NCBI GenBank assembly: GCA_965218425.1
Contig: OZ244621.1
Location: 2,688,001-2,752,000, forward strand
DNA from: an uncultured Candidatus Binatia bacterium
GTDB taxonomy: Bacteria > Desulfobacterota > Binatia > UBA9968 > CAXXLF01
DNA length: 64,000 bases
Direction: 5' to 3'
Shown here: positions 20,257 to 29,879 of the stretch, in pieces
How the letters are laid out: every line of letters begins with the position of its first letter
Numbering within the stretch: the first letter of the stretch is position 1
Notes under the pieces: model-generated
Seen by the model: the letters and a program-made list of their open reading frames with translations, nothing else
Told to the model about the DNA's origin: nothing
Database searches by the model: none
Translations under genes and position numbers: made by a program

Positions 20257-20280
20257 AAACGTAAGGAGAACACCGTAGCA

Positions 20281-20685
20281 ATGGCTAAGTATACAATGCT
20301 TTCTATGCCGTTAGGTAAGGTGAAAGAAAGGCAGTTTCTGGCCCGCGCCATGGGTTGTAAAGGAGTGGGTGTGAGTCTCATGCGACTCAAGCCGGGGGAA
20401 GGGGCCGGCTATGTCCACCGGCACAAGGTGCAGGAAGAGGTCTTTATCATCCTCAAGGGTACCGGCACCATCCTCCTCGATGGAAAACGTCACTCCATGC
20501 CGGAGGGTGCCATGGTGCGGGTTGGTCCCACCGTTTATCGTGCCATGGGCAACACCTCGAGACGAGATGTGGTGTACATGGTGCTCGGCGCGATCCCGCC
20601 AAAGAATTTTCCCAAAGGCGGTAGAACTCTTCTCGGAGATGGCATCCCAAACCGAAAAAGGACCGTACGCTGGAAAAAAAAGTAG
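20281..20685 (+). CDS. Cupin domain protein
   Basis: HRHKVQEEVFIILKGTG cupin motif 1. Confidence 0.8.
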   Translation: MAKYTMLSMPLGKVKERQFLARAMGCKGVGVSLMRLKPGEGAGYVHRHKVQEEVFIILKGTGTILLDGKRHSMPEGAMVRVGPTVYRAMGNTSRRDVVYMVLGAIPPKNFPKGGRTLLGDGIPNRKRTVRWKKK

Positions 20686-20784
20686 AGACGGCAAATTTGT
20701 TGCGTATCTTCTTTGACAAAATACCGGTGATCCCATAAAAAGGAATTAAGGCCGGCTCGTTTCAATCCATGGATTAACTGAACC

Positions 20785-21111
20785 ATGAGTAAACGGGAAA
20801 AAGATTTTGACCATGGGGTGGTCACGGAAACCGATAAAGAGACCGAGAAGAAGCTCAAAAAACCGCCCCTTTATAAAGTCCTGTTGCACAATGATGACTA
20901 CACCACAAAGGAATTTGTAGTGCAGGTTCTGGAGTACGTATTTCACAAGGCGCACACTGAGGCCGTGCATATCATGCTGCATGTTCATCAAAACGGTATT
21001 GGTGTAGCGGGTGTTTATACCTACGAGGTGGCGGAGACCAAAGTGGCCCTGGTGGATAGTTTGGCACGACAACACGAGTACCCTCTCAAGTGTACTATGG
21101 AAGAGGCCTGA
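20785..21111 (+). CDS. clpS: Clp protease adaptor ClpS
   Basis: [35 protein letters not shown]. Confidence 0.96.
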   Translation: MSKREKDFDHGVVTETDKETEKKLKKPPLYKVLLHNDDYTTKEFVVQVLEYVFHKAHTEAVHIMLHVHQNGIGVAGVYTYEVAETKVALVDSLARQHEYPLKCTMEEA

Positions 21112-21112
21112 G

Positions 21113-23362
21113 ATGATTGCGAAAGAACTTGAAAAGATCTTAAAACTAGCGTTCCAAGAGGCAAAGAAACGACGTCATGAGTTCGTTTGCCTCGAGCATC
21201 TTCTCTACGCATTGCTCCAGGACGATGAGGCAAGCCGCACCATTTTGAAGTGCGGGGGCGATGTGGAGCAGTTGAAAAAGGATCTAGAGGATTTCTTTGA
21301 GAACAACCTGGAAAGGCTGCCGGCGGAAATGGACCGAAAGCCTCAGGAAACTTTGAGCTTCCATCGTGTGCTGCAACGGGCGATCCTCCATGCCCAATCC
21401 GCCGAAAAATCAGAAATCCATGGGGGAGATATCCTGGCCGCGCTGTTCCGAGAAGGGGACTCCCATGCAGCCTTTCTCTTGCAGAAACAGGGAATCACCC
21501 GCTTTGATGTGATCAACTATATCTCCCATGGGGTCTCCAAGGTCGATGACGAGGAAGAAGGAGAGGAGCTTGCCGAGGAGGAGGAAAAAGACGGCGAGGG
21601 CGCGAGGCCCTCCAGGGATCCCCTCAAGGCCTTCACCGTCAACCTGGTGGAAGAGGCCAAGCAGGGACGCATTGACCCTCTCATTGGTCGGGAGAACGAG
21701 ATTCAGAGAACCATTCATATCCTTTGCCGTCGGCGAAAGAACAATCCCATATACGTAGGCGATCCTGGAGTGGGGAAGACCGCCATCGCCGAGGGCCTTG
21801 CCTTAAAAATTCATCAACAGAAGGTGCCCGAGGCCCTCAAGGACGCGGTCATTTATGCTTTGGATATGGGGGCGTTATTGGCAGGGACAAAATTTCGGGG
21901 GGAGTTTGAAGCCCGTTTGAAAGGTGTTTTGAGCGCACTGAAAAAACAACCCGAATCGATACTTTTCATTGACGAGATTCACACCGTGGTTGGGGCAGGG
22001 GCCGCCAGTGGCAGCTCCATGGATGCGTCGAATATATTGAAGCCCGTCCTTGCCTCCGGACAGCTCAAGTGCATTGGCTCTGCCACCTACCACGACTACA
22101 AGAGTTATTTTGAAAGAGATCGAGCACTGGCGCGACGATTTCAGAGGATTGAAGTTCCAGAGCCCAGCGTGGAGGAAACCTATCAGATCCTTCAGGGATT
22201 GAAGGCCCACTACGAGAAGCATCACGGGGTAACCTATAGCTCCCCGGCCCTTCGCACCGCTGCACAACTGTCGGCGAAACACATCAACGACCGCCGCCTG
22301 CCTGATAAGGCCATTGATGTGATTGATGAGGTGGGGGCTTCGGTTAAAGTCTTGCCGCCCGATAAGCGCAAGAAGACCATCAGTCCCAAGGATATCGAAA
22401 AGATCGTGGCCACCATGGCCAAGATCCCGCCCCGCAGCGTGTCGGTGTCGGATAAAGAGCAGCTCAGTAACCTGGATAGAGACCTCAAACTAACCGTCTT
22501 TGGACAGGACGAGGCCATTGATACTGTGTCCAGCGCCATCAAGTTATCACGCTCCGGGTTGGGTCAACCTGAAAAACCCATCGGCTGTTTTCTCTTCCTG
22601 GGACCCACAGGGGTGGGGAAAACCGAAGTGGCAAAACAGCTTGCCCGTACCCTGGGAGTGGAATTCCTCCGCTTCGACATGAGCGAGTATATGGAAAAGC
22701 ATACGGTCTCGCGTCTCATCGGAGCGCCTCCGGGCTACGTGGGATTCGACCAAGGTGGCCTGTTGACCGACGCCGTAAACAAGACGCCTTATTCGGTGTT
22801 GCTCCTGGATGAAATCGAAAAGGCCCATCCGGATCTGTTCAATATCCTGCTTCAGGTGATGGACCACGCAACGCTAACCGATAACAACGGGAAGAAGTCG
22901 GACTTCCGCAATATCATTTTGATCATGACCACCAACGTGGGCTCGCGGGAGATAAGTGGATCGCCCTTGGGATTTGGAAAGAACACCAATGTGGGCAAGG
23001 GTAAGGAAGCCATGGAGAAGATGTTCAGCCCCGAGTTCCGAAATCGACTGGATGCCACGGTCTTTTTTAACTCGCTGAACCCTGAAGTAATCGAGCGCGT
23101 GGTGGATAAGTTTGTTATGGAGCTGGATCTTCAACTAAACGAGAAGAAGGTCTACCTCCACCTTACGCCGAAAGGACGTAGTTGGCTTGCCAAGAAGGGC
23201 TATGACCCCGTATTTGGTGCCAGGCCCATGGCCCGTGTCATTCAGACCGAGATTAAACGGGTGCTGGCCGACGAGATACTTTTTGGAAAGCTGCAAAACG
23301 GCGGCAGGGTAGAGATCGACGAGAGCGAAGACAAGCTCACGTTTAAGTACAAGGAATCCTAG
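21113..23362 (+). CDS. clpA: Clp protease ATP-binding subunit ClpA
   Basis: Two AAA modules (GDPGVGKT, GPTGVGKT), no middle domain, directly after clpS. Confidence 0.96.
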   Translation: MIAKELEKILKLAFQEAKKRRHEFVCLEHLLYALLQDDEASRTILKCGGDVEQLKKDLEDFFENNLERLPAEMDRKPQETLSFHRVLQRAILHAQSAEKSEIHGGDILAALFREGDSHAAFLLQKQGITRFDVINYISHGVSKVDDEEEGEELAEEEEKDGEGARPSRDPLKAFTVNLVEEAKQGRIDPLIGRENEIQRTIHILCRRRKNNPIYVGDPGVGKTAIAEGLALKIHQQKVPEALKDAVIYALDMGALLAGTKFRGEFEARLKGVLSALKKQPESILFIDEIHTVVGAGAASGSSMDASNILKPVLASGQLKCIGSATYHDYKSYFERDRALARRFQRIEVPEPSVEETYQILQGLKAHYEKHHGVTYSSPALRTAAQLSAKHINDRRLPDKAIDVIDEVGASVKVLPPDKRKKTISPKDIEKIVATMAKIPPRSVSVSDKEQLSNLDRDLKLTVFGQDEAIDTVSSAIKLSRSGLGQPEKPIGCFLFLGPTGVGKTEVAKQLARTLGVEFLRFDMSEYMEKHTVSRLIGAPPGYVGFDQGGLLTDAVNKTPYSVLLLDEIEKAHPDLFNILLQVMDHATLTDNNGKKSDFRNIILIMTTNVGSREISGSPLGFGKNTNVGKGKEAMEKMFSPEFRNRLDATVFFNSLNPEVIERVVDKFVMELDLQLNEKKVYLHLTPKGRSWLAKKGYDPVFGARPMARVIQTEIKRVLADEILFGKLQNGGRVEIDESEDKLTFKYKES

Positions 23363-24522
23363 CCCCCATCGTCCATCCCCTTTTTTAACTGGCTTCTTTC
23401 CAGCAACGCGTTTTGTTTGGAGACGGTGTAGGACCTTTCCTCCTTCAAGTGTTCCCGCAAGACTCGCCTGAAACCCTCGTCTGATATGTAGTGCATGCTG
23501 TAGGTCTTTTCCGGCTCGAGCCCCCGGAGTTCCTTGAAGCTTCCCCCCGCGCCCGCCTCGAAGCGCTGTAGACCCTTGAGAACGCAGTGTTCAATGGCCG
23601 AGTAGTAACAGACGTTGAAGTGAAGGAACCGGTGGTACTCGATGGCCCCCCAGTACCGACCGTACATTGCCGTCTCGTCCTGAGCGTTCAGTGTTCCGGC
23701 AATGACCCGTGAGTCTTTTTCCGCAATCACGAGACAAACATAAGGTTTAAACCTTCGGGCCAGCTCCTCAAAAAAGCCCATGGTGAGGTACTGCCTCCCA
23801 TAGTAGAGTTCATCAATATGGGCTTTGTAAAGATGGAACATGGTCTTGAGGAGGCCCGGGCTCAGTTCATCTCCTTCTACTGCCCGAACCTGAATGCCCT
23901 GGGCCGACAGCTCGCGCCGTTCCTTTTTAATCTTGTTGCGTCGGTCGCTGCGAAAGGAGCCCAGGTAGTCGTCGAAGGTCTCATAGCCGTGGTTTTGCCA
24001 ATGGAACTGGAGGCCAATTTTAGGTAGGAATCCGAGCTTCGTGAGCACCTCTGTCTCATCCTCCAGGCAAAAATTCACATGGACTGAGGAAATAGTATTG
24101 TCCCTACAGATCTGGATCAGAGATTGTCCGAGGAGATGAATCAGCTGACGACGATCCTCCTTAGGGTCGGTCAAGAATCGCATTCCCGTGACGGGAGTGA
24201 ATGGGACACCAACGAGCATTTTTGGGTAATACTGGATCCCCGACCTGGACGCGAAATGGGCCCACTCATGGTCAAAGACGAACTCCCCCATGCTGTTCCC
24301 TTTGAGATACATGGGACAGGCCGCAACGGGTTTACCCTCCTTCTCAATGACGATGTGCTGAGGTAGCCAACCGGTCCGTCCGGTAGCGCACCCCGTCTGT
24401 TCCAGGGCGTCGAGCCAATCCCACCGCATGAACGGCGATCCGCCCTTTAACAGGCGATCCCAGTCGTTGCCCTGAACCTCGCTAACCTTCTTGAGGACCT
24501 TGACCGTAAGCTTCGTTTCCAT
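23359..24522 (-). CDS. FemAB-like GNAT-fold protein (DUF482)
   Basis: SMGEFVFDHEWA, YYPKMLVGVPFTPVTG, YGRYWG, LHFNVCYY, FEAGAGG. Confidence 0.85.
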   Translation of the reverse strand: METKLTVKVLKKVSEVQGNDWDRLLKGGSPFMRWDWLDALEQTGCATGRTGWLPQHIVIEKEGKPVAACPMYLKGNSMGEFVFDHEWAHFASRSGIQYYPKMLVGVPFTPVTGMRFLTDPKEDRRQLIHLLGQSLIQICRDNTISSVHVNFCLEDETEVLTKLGFLPKIGLQFHWQNHGYETFDDYLGSFRSDRRNKIKKERRELSAQGIQVRAVEGDELSPGLLKTMFHLYKAHIDELYYGRQYLTMGFFEELARRFKPYVCLVIAEKDSRVIAGTLNAQDETAMYGRYWGAIEYHRFLHFNVCYYSAIEHCVLKGLQRFEAGAGGSFKELRGLEPEKTYSMHYISDEGFRRVLREHLKEERSYTVSKQNALLERSQLKKGMDDGG

Positions 24523-24715
24523 TGTCCCCTTACATGCCAGATGCATTCCGAAAGGTCCAGAGGGGATGAGATCGCTACGAATTTCATTTCAACCAGCGAT
24601 GCAAAGTGGAACTATCGGGGAGATATAGTAATAACTGATTTTGAGTAGAGTCTTGAGAACCATAGCCTGCGATCACAGGGGTAAGATGTTTCACAAAGCA
24701 TAGGTAGGTTTCACG

Positions 24716-25393
24716 TTAACCCTTTTCCACTTGAACGGCTTTGACCCTGACCCGGGCGGTTCCTTTTTTATGGAAGCCAATCTTTTTGGCGGCCCCCAGG
24801 CTAAGATCAATGATCCTATCGCCTGATCTGGCGTTGTGATCGCTGGGGAAGGGCCCGCGATCATTGACCCTGACGATAATGGAACGCTTGTTTTCAAGGT
24901 TTGTGACTTTAACGTACATCGGAAGAGGTAAATGCTTATGGGCGGCGGTTAACCCATTGGGGTTGAAGGCCTCACCATTGGCTGTCATACGCCCGCCTTT
25001 TTTATTTTGAGTCTCGTAGCCATACCAGGAAGCGACGCCAGTCTGTTTGTAGTTCTGAGCCTTCTTAACCGACATGGGATAGTATTTTCTCCCTTTAACG
25101 GTGTAGGGAGCGTTCTTGACTTTACCCTGGCGTATGGCTTCCTTTGGTGAGAGGCCGTCGATGGTTTCGATATCATTGGTTAGCGGCCATTGTATGGGAG
25201 CCTTAATCACCACATAGGTGAATTTACCCACCTTGTAAATGACCTTTCCGGTCTTATAGGTCGCCTTTCCTACCCATATTCCTCCTTTGATTGTCCCTAC
25301 AGTGGCCTTGTAGGGTGCTTTGATTACGGAACAAGCTCCCAGAACCAGGGCCAGAGCACCAAAAACGCCGCTGTTATAAGAGTTTATCTTCAC
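24716..25393 (-). CDS. rlpA: Septal ring lytic transglycosylase RlpA-family lipoprotein
   Basis: Lipobox LGAC; GVASWYG, TANGE, TAAHKHLPL, VNDRGPF, IIDLS. GTG start inferred. Confidence 0.85.
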   Translation of the reverse strand: MKINSYNSGVFGALALVLGACSVIKAPYKATVGTIKGGIWVGKATYKTGKVIYKVGKFTYVVIKAPIQWPLTNDIETIDGLSPKEAIRQGKVKNAPYTVKGRKYYPMSVKKAQNYKQTGVASWYGYETQNKKGGRMTANGEAFNPNGLTAAHKHLPLPMYVKVTNLENKRSIIVRVNDRGPFPSDHNARSGDRIIDLSLGAAKKIGFHKKGTARVRVKAVQVEKG

Positions 25394-25536
25394 ACTAAGA
25401 CCTTGCAAGGAGTGCCCGATTTGGGATATAGAAAACCTGGACGACCTGACACGGACGCTGTATCCAGCCCTATTTTCTACCAAGTTGACTGTCATTGCAA
25501 AGGCTGAGTGTGAAGTTGTAACCGGAAAGGTGGAAG

Positions 25537-25800
25537 ATGACTTACAAATTTTCCGTGGGTGACAAGGTTAGAATCAAAACCGAAGACTACAATGATCGAA
25601 AGAGGGTCCCCAGGTACATCATGGGAAGAGTGGGTACGGTGGAAACCGTGCGTGGTTTTTTCAGTAACCCGAGGGACCATCGGGAGGATCGGCCCCCCAT
25701 CTATTCCGTCGGTTTTGATCAGGAGCAGATCTCTCCACAAGGCTTCAAAAAAGATAAAATTATTGTGGATGTATTTGAAGACTGGATGATGGCCGAATAG
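25537..25800 (+). CDS. Stand-alone nitrile hydratase beta C-terminal SH3-like domain (ScnA-like)
   Basis: FSVGDKVRI...RVPRYIMGRVGTV...YSVGF...VDVFEDWM. Confidence 0.82.
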   Translation: MTYKFSVGDKVRIKTEDYNDRKRVPRYIMGRVGTVETVRGFFSNPRDHREDRPPIYSVGFDQEQISPQGFKKDKIIVDVFEDWMMAE

Positions 25801-25810
25801 GAGGAATGAG

Positions 25811-26728
25811 ATGCAAAAAGATCACGGGCATTCACACGAGGGTCACGACCATTCACACGAGCCTATTACAAAAGTGGTGCCACAGCAGCCCGAACATGTG
25901 CTCAGGCTGATCGCTCTGGGTGAAACCCTGGGGAGAAATGGAGTCACGGTGGTGGAAGATGGCCGGCTCAAGGCAGATGAACTGAACGCCAAAGGCGTGA
26001 CCAAGGGACTTCCCTACTTCGAAAAAAGACTCATGTCCATGCGAGGAGTGCTGGCGGACAAGGAGGTGGTTTCACAGGAGGAAGTGGAGCAGAAAAAGGA
26101 TCAGTTGAAAAAGAGCCGGCAAGGTTCCGACTTTGAGCTGCGTGTGATGGCGCTCACAAACCTGTTGGTTGAGAAAGGTGTTGTGACCCATGAGGATATT
26201 AACGGGCGATATGAAATCGTACGAGCACGGACACCCATGACCGGCGCGAAGATAATTGCCAGGGCATGGGTGGACCCCGAATTCAAAGCCAAATTGAAAA
26301 AGGACGCTAAAGCAGCGATTACGGAGATGGGCCCCGATCTCCTTGATGCAAATAACGGGGAGCCTGTGGACACCTGGAACATTACAAGGTTGGAAGTCAT
26401 AGAGAACACCGAAAAAGTTCGTAATGTGGTGGTGTGCACCCTCTGCTCCTGTTATCCCCGCGGCATCCTGGGTGAGCCTCCGGAGTGGTATACCAGCGAA
26501 AGTTACAGGGAGAGAGTCGTCAAAGAGCCCAGGAAGGTTCTTGCGGAGATGGGTACGAAACTTACAGATGACGTGGAAACTAAGGTTTACGACAGCAGCG
26601 CAGACATTCGCTACCTGGTGATCCCCATACGCCCAAAGGGCACAGAGGGAATGCCGGAAGACCAATTGGCCGAGCTGGTGACGCGGGATAGCTTGATCGG
26701 CGTGGCGGACCCTGTGGCGCATCCGTAA
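25811..26728 (+). CDS. Cobalt-type nitrile/thiocyanate hydrolase catalytic subunit fused to a beta N-terminal (ScnB-like) domain
   Basis: VVCTLCSCYP metal motif, ARAWVDPEFK, LVTRDSLIG. His-rich N-terminus and an extra helical block (LPYFEKRL...VLADKEVVSQEEV). Confidence 0.85.
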   Translation: MQKDHGHSHEGHDHSHEPITKVVPQQPEHVLRLIALGETLGRNGVTVVEDGRLKADELNAKGVTKGLPYFEKRLMSMRGVLADKEVVSQEEVEQKKDQLKKSRQGSDFELRVMALTNLLVEKGVVTHEDINGRYEIVRARTPMTGAKIIARAWVDPEFKAKLKKDAKAAITEMGPDLLDANNGEPVDTWNITRLEVIENTEKVRNVVVCTLCSCYPRGILGEPPEWYTSESYRERVVKEPRKVLAEMGTKLTDDVETKVYDSSADIRYLVIPIRPKGTEGMPEDQLAELVTRDSLIGVADPVAHP

Positions 26729-26775
26729 AAGTAGCGAATCGAGGCGGGAAATCTTTTTTTGCAAACGGAACCGAA

Positions 26776-28335
26776 TTGGATCCTGTTCAACTAGAGGTCT
26801 TTTCCAATCGCATGAGTTCCATTGCGGAGGAGATGGGTGTCCTTCTCAGCCGCACTGCTTATTCTCCCAACATAACAGAGAGACACGACTGTTCCTGTGC
26901 CGTTTTTGATGGCCGGGGCGATATGGTGGCCCAGGCCGCTCATATCCCTGTACACCTGGGCTCGACGCCGCTCTCCGTGCGAGCGGCCATTGAACGGATA
27001 CCCATGGAACCAGGTGATGTGGTCATTTTGAACGATCCCTTCGCCGGAGGGACTCACCTACCGGATCTCACCATGGTAACTCCGGTTTTCTTTCACAAAA
27101 AAGGGAAACCCATCGCTTATGTCGCTAATCGAGCTCATCATTCCGACGTGGGGGGCATGACACCCGGTTCCATGCCTCTTTCCACCGACGTTTTTCAGGA
27201 GGGATTGCGCATCCCCCCTGTGCGGATGGTTCGCGGCGGTAAAATCGTCAGAGACGTCTGGGATCTGCTGCTCAATAACGTGCGCACGGCTGAAGAACGT
27301 GACGGTGATTTGAAAGCCCAGTGGGGATCTTTGAGGATAGGAGCGCTCCGGGTGCTGGACGAAGCAAGGAGTCGAGGGTTGCCGCGGCTCGCCCGGGAAA
27401 TGATTGCCTTAACGAATTATTCCGAAAGACTTATGGGAGCTACTCTCAGAGAAATCCCGAACGGCTCCTACAGTGCCAAGGATTATCTTGATGATGATGG
27501 CATGGGTGGGAAGAGAATCCGGATTCAAGTGGAGGTGACCATCCATGGATCCAAGGCTCGAGTGAACTTTACCGGCACGGATCCCCAAGTGGAGGGTTGT
27601 CTCAATGCCAACGAGGCCATCACGCTTTCCTGTGTCTTCTATGTCTTCAAGGCCATCAGCCGATTTTCCATTCCCGCCAATGGCGGAATCATGCGCCCCG
27701 TCCAGGTGGTAGCTCCCCAGGGAAGCCTCGTAAACGCGAGATTCCCTGCGGCGGTGGCGGGAGGTAACGTGGAGACATCCCAGCGAATCGTGGATGTTCT
27801 ATTGCGTGCGCTTTCTGAGGCATTGCCCGGTCGGATACCGGCGGCGAGCTCCGGCTCCATGAACAATACCGCCATGGGCGGCTACGACCCGATTCGACAA
27901 AGGGTGTTTTCATATTACGAAACGGTGGGAGGAGGAGCCGGGGGCGGCCCGGGTGGACCCGGAGCTTGCGGCCTCCATACCCATATGACTAACACAATGA
28001 ACACACCCATTGAGGCCCTGGAGAGCCATTACCCCTTTCGTGTCTGTGCCTATTCATTGCGCAGAAATTCCGGGGGGACGGGGACACAGCGGGGCGGAGA
28101 CGGCCTGGTCCGTGAATTGGAGTTCCTCGCGGATACGCACTGTACCTTGCTCACGGAGAGGAGAACGATTGCGCCCTACGGACTCAAGGGAGGTGGGGAG
28201 GGTAGGAAGGGCAGAAACTCTCTCATTCGCAATGGTAGAGCGGCACGACTCCCTGGGAAGGCGAATCTGAACCTTCGCGCGGGTGACCGGCTTAGGATTG
28301 AATCGGCCGGGGGTGGAGGCTTCGGCCGGGGGTAG
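26776..28335 (+). CDS. Hydantoinase B / oxoprolinase family protein
   Basis: SPNITERHDCS, HIPVHLGS, NDPFAGGTHLPD, AHHSDVGG, HTHMTNT, GGGGFG. Confidence 0.9.
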   Translation: MDPVQLEVFSNRMSSIAEEMGVLLSRTAYSPNITERHDCSCAVFDGRGDMVAQAAHIPVHLGSTPLSVRAAIERIPMEPGDVVILNDPFAGGTHLPDLTMVTPVFFHKKGKPIAYVANRAHHSDVGGMTPGSMPLSTDVFQEGLRIPPVRMVRGGKIVRDVWDLLLNNVRTAEERDGDLKAQWGSLRIGALRVLDEARSRGLPRLAREMIALTNYSERLMGATLREIPNGSYSAKDYLDDDGMGGKRIRIQVEVTIHGSKARVNFTGTDPQVEGCLNANEAITLSCVFYVFKAISRFSIPANGGIMRPVQVVAPQGSLVNARFPAAVAGGNVETSQRIVDVLLRALSEALPGRIPAASSGSMNNTAMGGYDPIRQRVFSYYETVGGGAGGGPGGPGACGLHTHMTNTMNTPIEALESHYPFRVCAYSLRRNSGGTGTQRGGDGLVRELEFLADTHCTLLTERRTIAPYGLKGGGEGRKGRNSLIRNGRAARLPGKANLNLRAGDRLRIESAGGGGFGRG

Positions 28336-28417
28336 TTTTCCCTAGTAATTGTTATTGAGTTCGGCTATAGAAAAAGCCGTGCCAGTCAATACAGCGTAAC
28401 GAAAGGAGAAGATACAG

Positions 28418-29155
28418 ATGGCAGAAGCGATACCCAACATAGTTCCGGCTGATGACCCCGGTCTTTCCTCATCCATGGTTGATATTTCGGGGAAGGGGGG
28501 AGTCGTCAAAGCTTATCTCTCACACCCCAAAGATGGGAAGAATCTTGGGACGGTGATCGTAATTCATGAAAACAAGGGGTTGGTGGACCATATCAAAGAT
28601 GTGGCCAGACGGTTTGCCAAGGAGGGCTTTGTGGCCCTGGCACCGGATCTCCTCTCCCGCCTTGGGGGAACCGATCAGTACAAGACGGAAGACGACGCCA
28701 TTGCGGCGATCAGGAACGTTACCAATGACGGTGTGGTTGAGGATCTGACAGGCTGTGTGGATTATTTGAAGAAGCTCAATTTCGGTAATGGCCGTGTGGG
28801 CGTGGTGGGGTTCTGTTGGGGAGGGGGGCAGTCGCTGAATTTTGCCACAAAGTGTAAGGATCTAAATGCGGCGATTGTTTACTACGGTCGCAACCCGGAT
28901 CCCCTGGACGCCGTACAAAACGTTCCTTGTCCCGTGCTTGGAAACTATGGCTCGGAGGATAAGAACATCACGCCGGGCGTTGAGCCCTTGCAGGAAGCGA
29001 TGAAAAAGTTCGGCAAGAGCTTTGATCCCAAGATTTATCCCGGAGCGCAGCATGCTTTCAATAACAACACCAACGCGGGTCGCTATCATCCGGACGCGGC
29101 CAAGGACGCTTGGTCAAGATCGGTGAGTTTTTATAAGAAGAACCTAGCTGCCTAG
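28418..29155 (+). CDS. Dienelactone hydrolase family protein
   Basis: IHENKG, GFCWGG nucleophile elbow, AQHAFNN. Confidence 0.9.
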   Translation: MAEAIPNIVPADDPGLSSSMVDISGKGGVVKAYLSHPKDGKNLGTVIVIHENKGLVDHIKDVARRFAKEGFVALAPDLLSRLGGTDQYKTEDDAIAAIRNVTNDGVVEDLTGCVDYLKKLNFGNGRVGVVGFCWGGGQSLNFATKCKDLNAAIVYYGRNPDPLDAVQNVPCPVLGNYGSEDKNITPGVEPLQEAMKKFGKSFDPKIYPGAQHAFNNNTNAGRYHPDAAKDAWSRSVSFYKKNLAA

Positions 29156-29184
29156 GTCAAGAAGGGATTTCCTCCGGCACGTGA

Positions 29185-29538
29185 TTACTCCTCGTGGTCA
29201 CGTGTCGGATTCCATTCTGCGGTTGGATCCGGCCGCCTTCCAATGGCCCTACTCGCCTCTTTAGGAGAAATAAAGTAGGGCGTATCCGTCAAATCCTTCC
29301 AAATTGCTTTTACTTGTTTAGTATCTCCGAGGGAGCCCAGCCACGAAATAACGGCCACGGGAGCTGCGAAACCCATTATGGCAACTTTCACTGGTACGAA
29401 AACTAGATTGCCCACGGTGACCCCGGTGATCTCCCCTGCTTTATTGACCGCCTCTGCGGCATGGAGGTGGGCGGGGGACATGATTGCGATCATGAGGAAT
29501 ACAACCACAAGGGATCTGAGATTTGCGCGGTGGACCAT
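29185..29538 (-). CDS. Hypothetical exported/membrane protein
   Basis: Signal-peptide-like N-terminus; RBS AAGGA; follows 29551-29823 closely. Confidence 0.6.
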   Translation of the reverse strand: MVHRANLRSLVVVFLMIAIMSPAHLHAAEAVNKAGEITGVTVGNLVFVPVKVAIMGFAAPVAVISWLGSLGDTKQVKAIWKDLTDTPYFISPKEASRAIGRRPDPTAEWNPTRDHEE

Positions 29539-29550
29539 AATGATGTTCCT

Positions 29551-29823
29551 TTATTCAGAAAAGAGTTTGGCTCGGATGGCGTTAGTCTTGTTCGATGGGT
29601 CCCAATATCGGCGCATGCCGAAATAGTAACAACACCTTTCGCTATCCAGATCGTTATCAAAGACACGTAGTTTTCCGTCCTGGAAACGAATCCGAGTCAG
29701 GCAGGTACCCCCTGGGACAGAGGAAGTCATGATTTCTTCAACCACGCCAACTCCCCATTGGCTGTTTTGTTTATGAGAGACCTCGTTTCCCACCTGGAGG
29801 AATAGTCTTTTCCCTCTTGCCAA
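29551..29823 (-). CDS. Small SH3-like protein (DUF3553-like)
   Basis: GNEVSH...WGVGVVEEI...RIRFQDG. RBS GAGGG before TTG. Confidence 0.6.
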   Translation of the reverse strand: MARGKRLFLQVGNEVSHKQNSQWGVGVVEEIMTSSVPGGTCLTRIRFQDGKLRVFDNDLDSERCCYYFGMRRYWDPSNKTNAIRAKLFSE

Positions 29824-29879
29824 TTTCCTGCCCTCTTTTTTGAAACCTACCAGGATTCAACATTCAGTTCAATGTTTTG

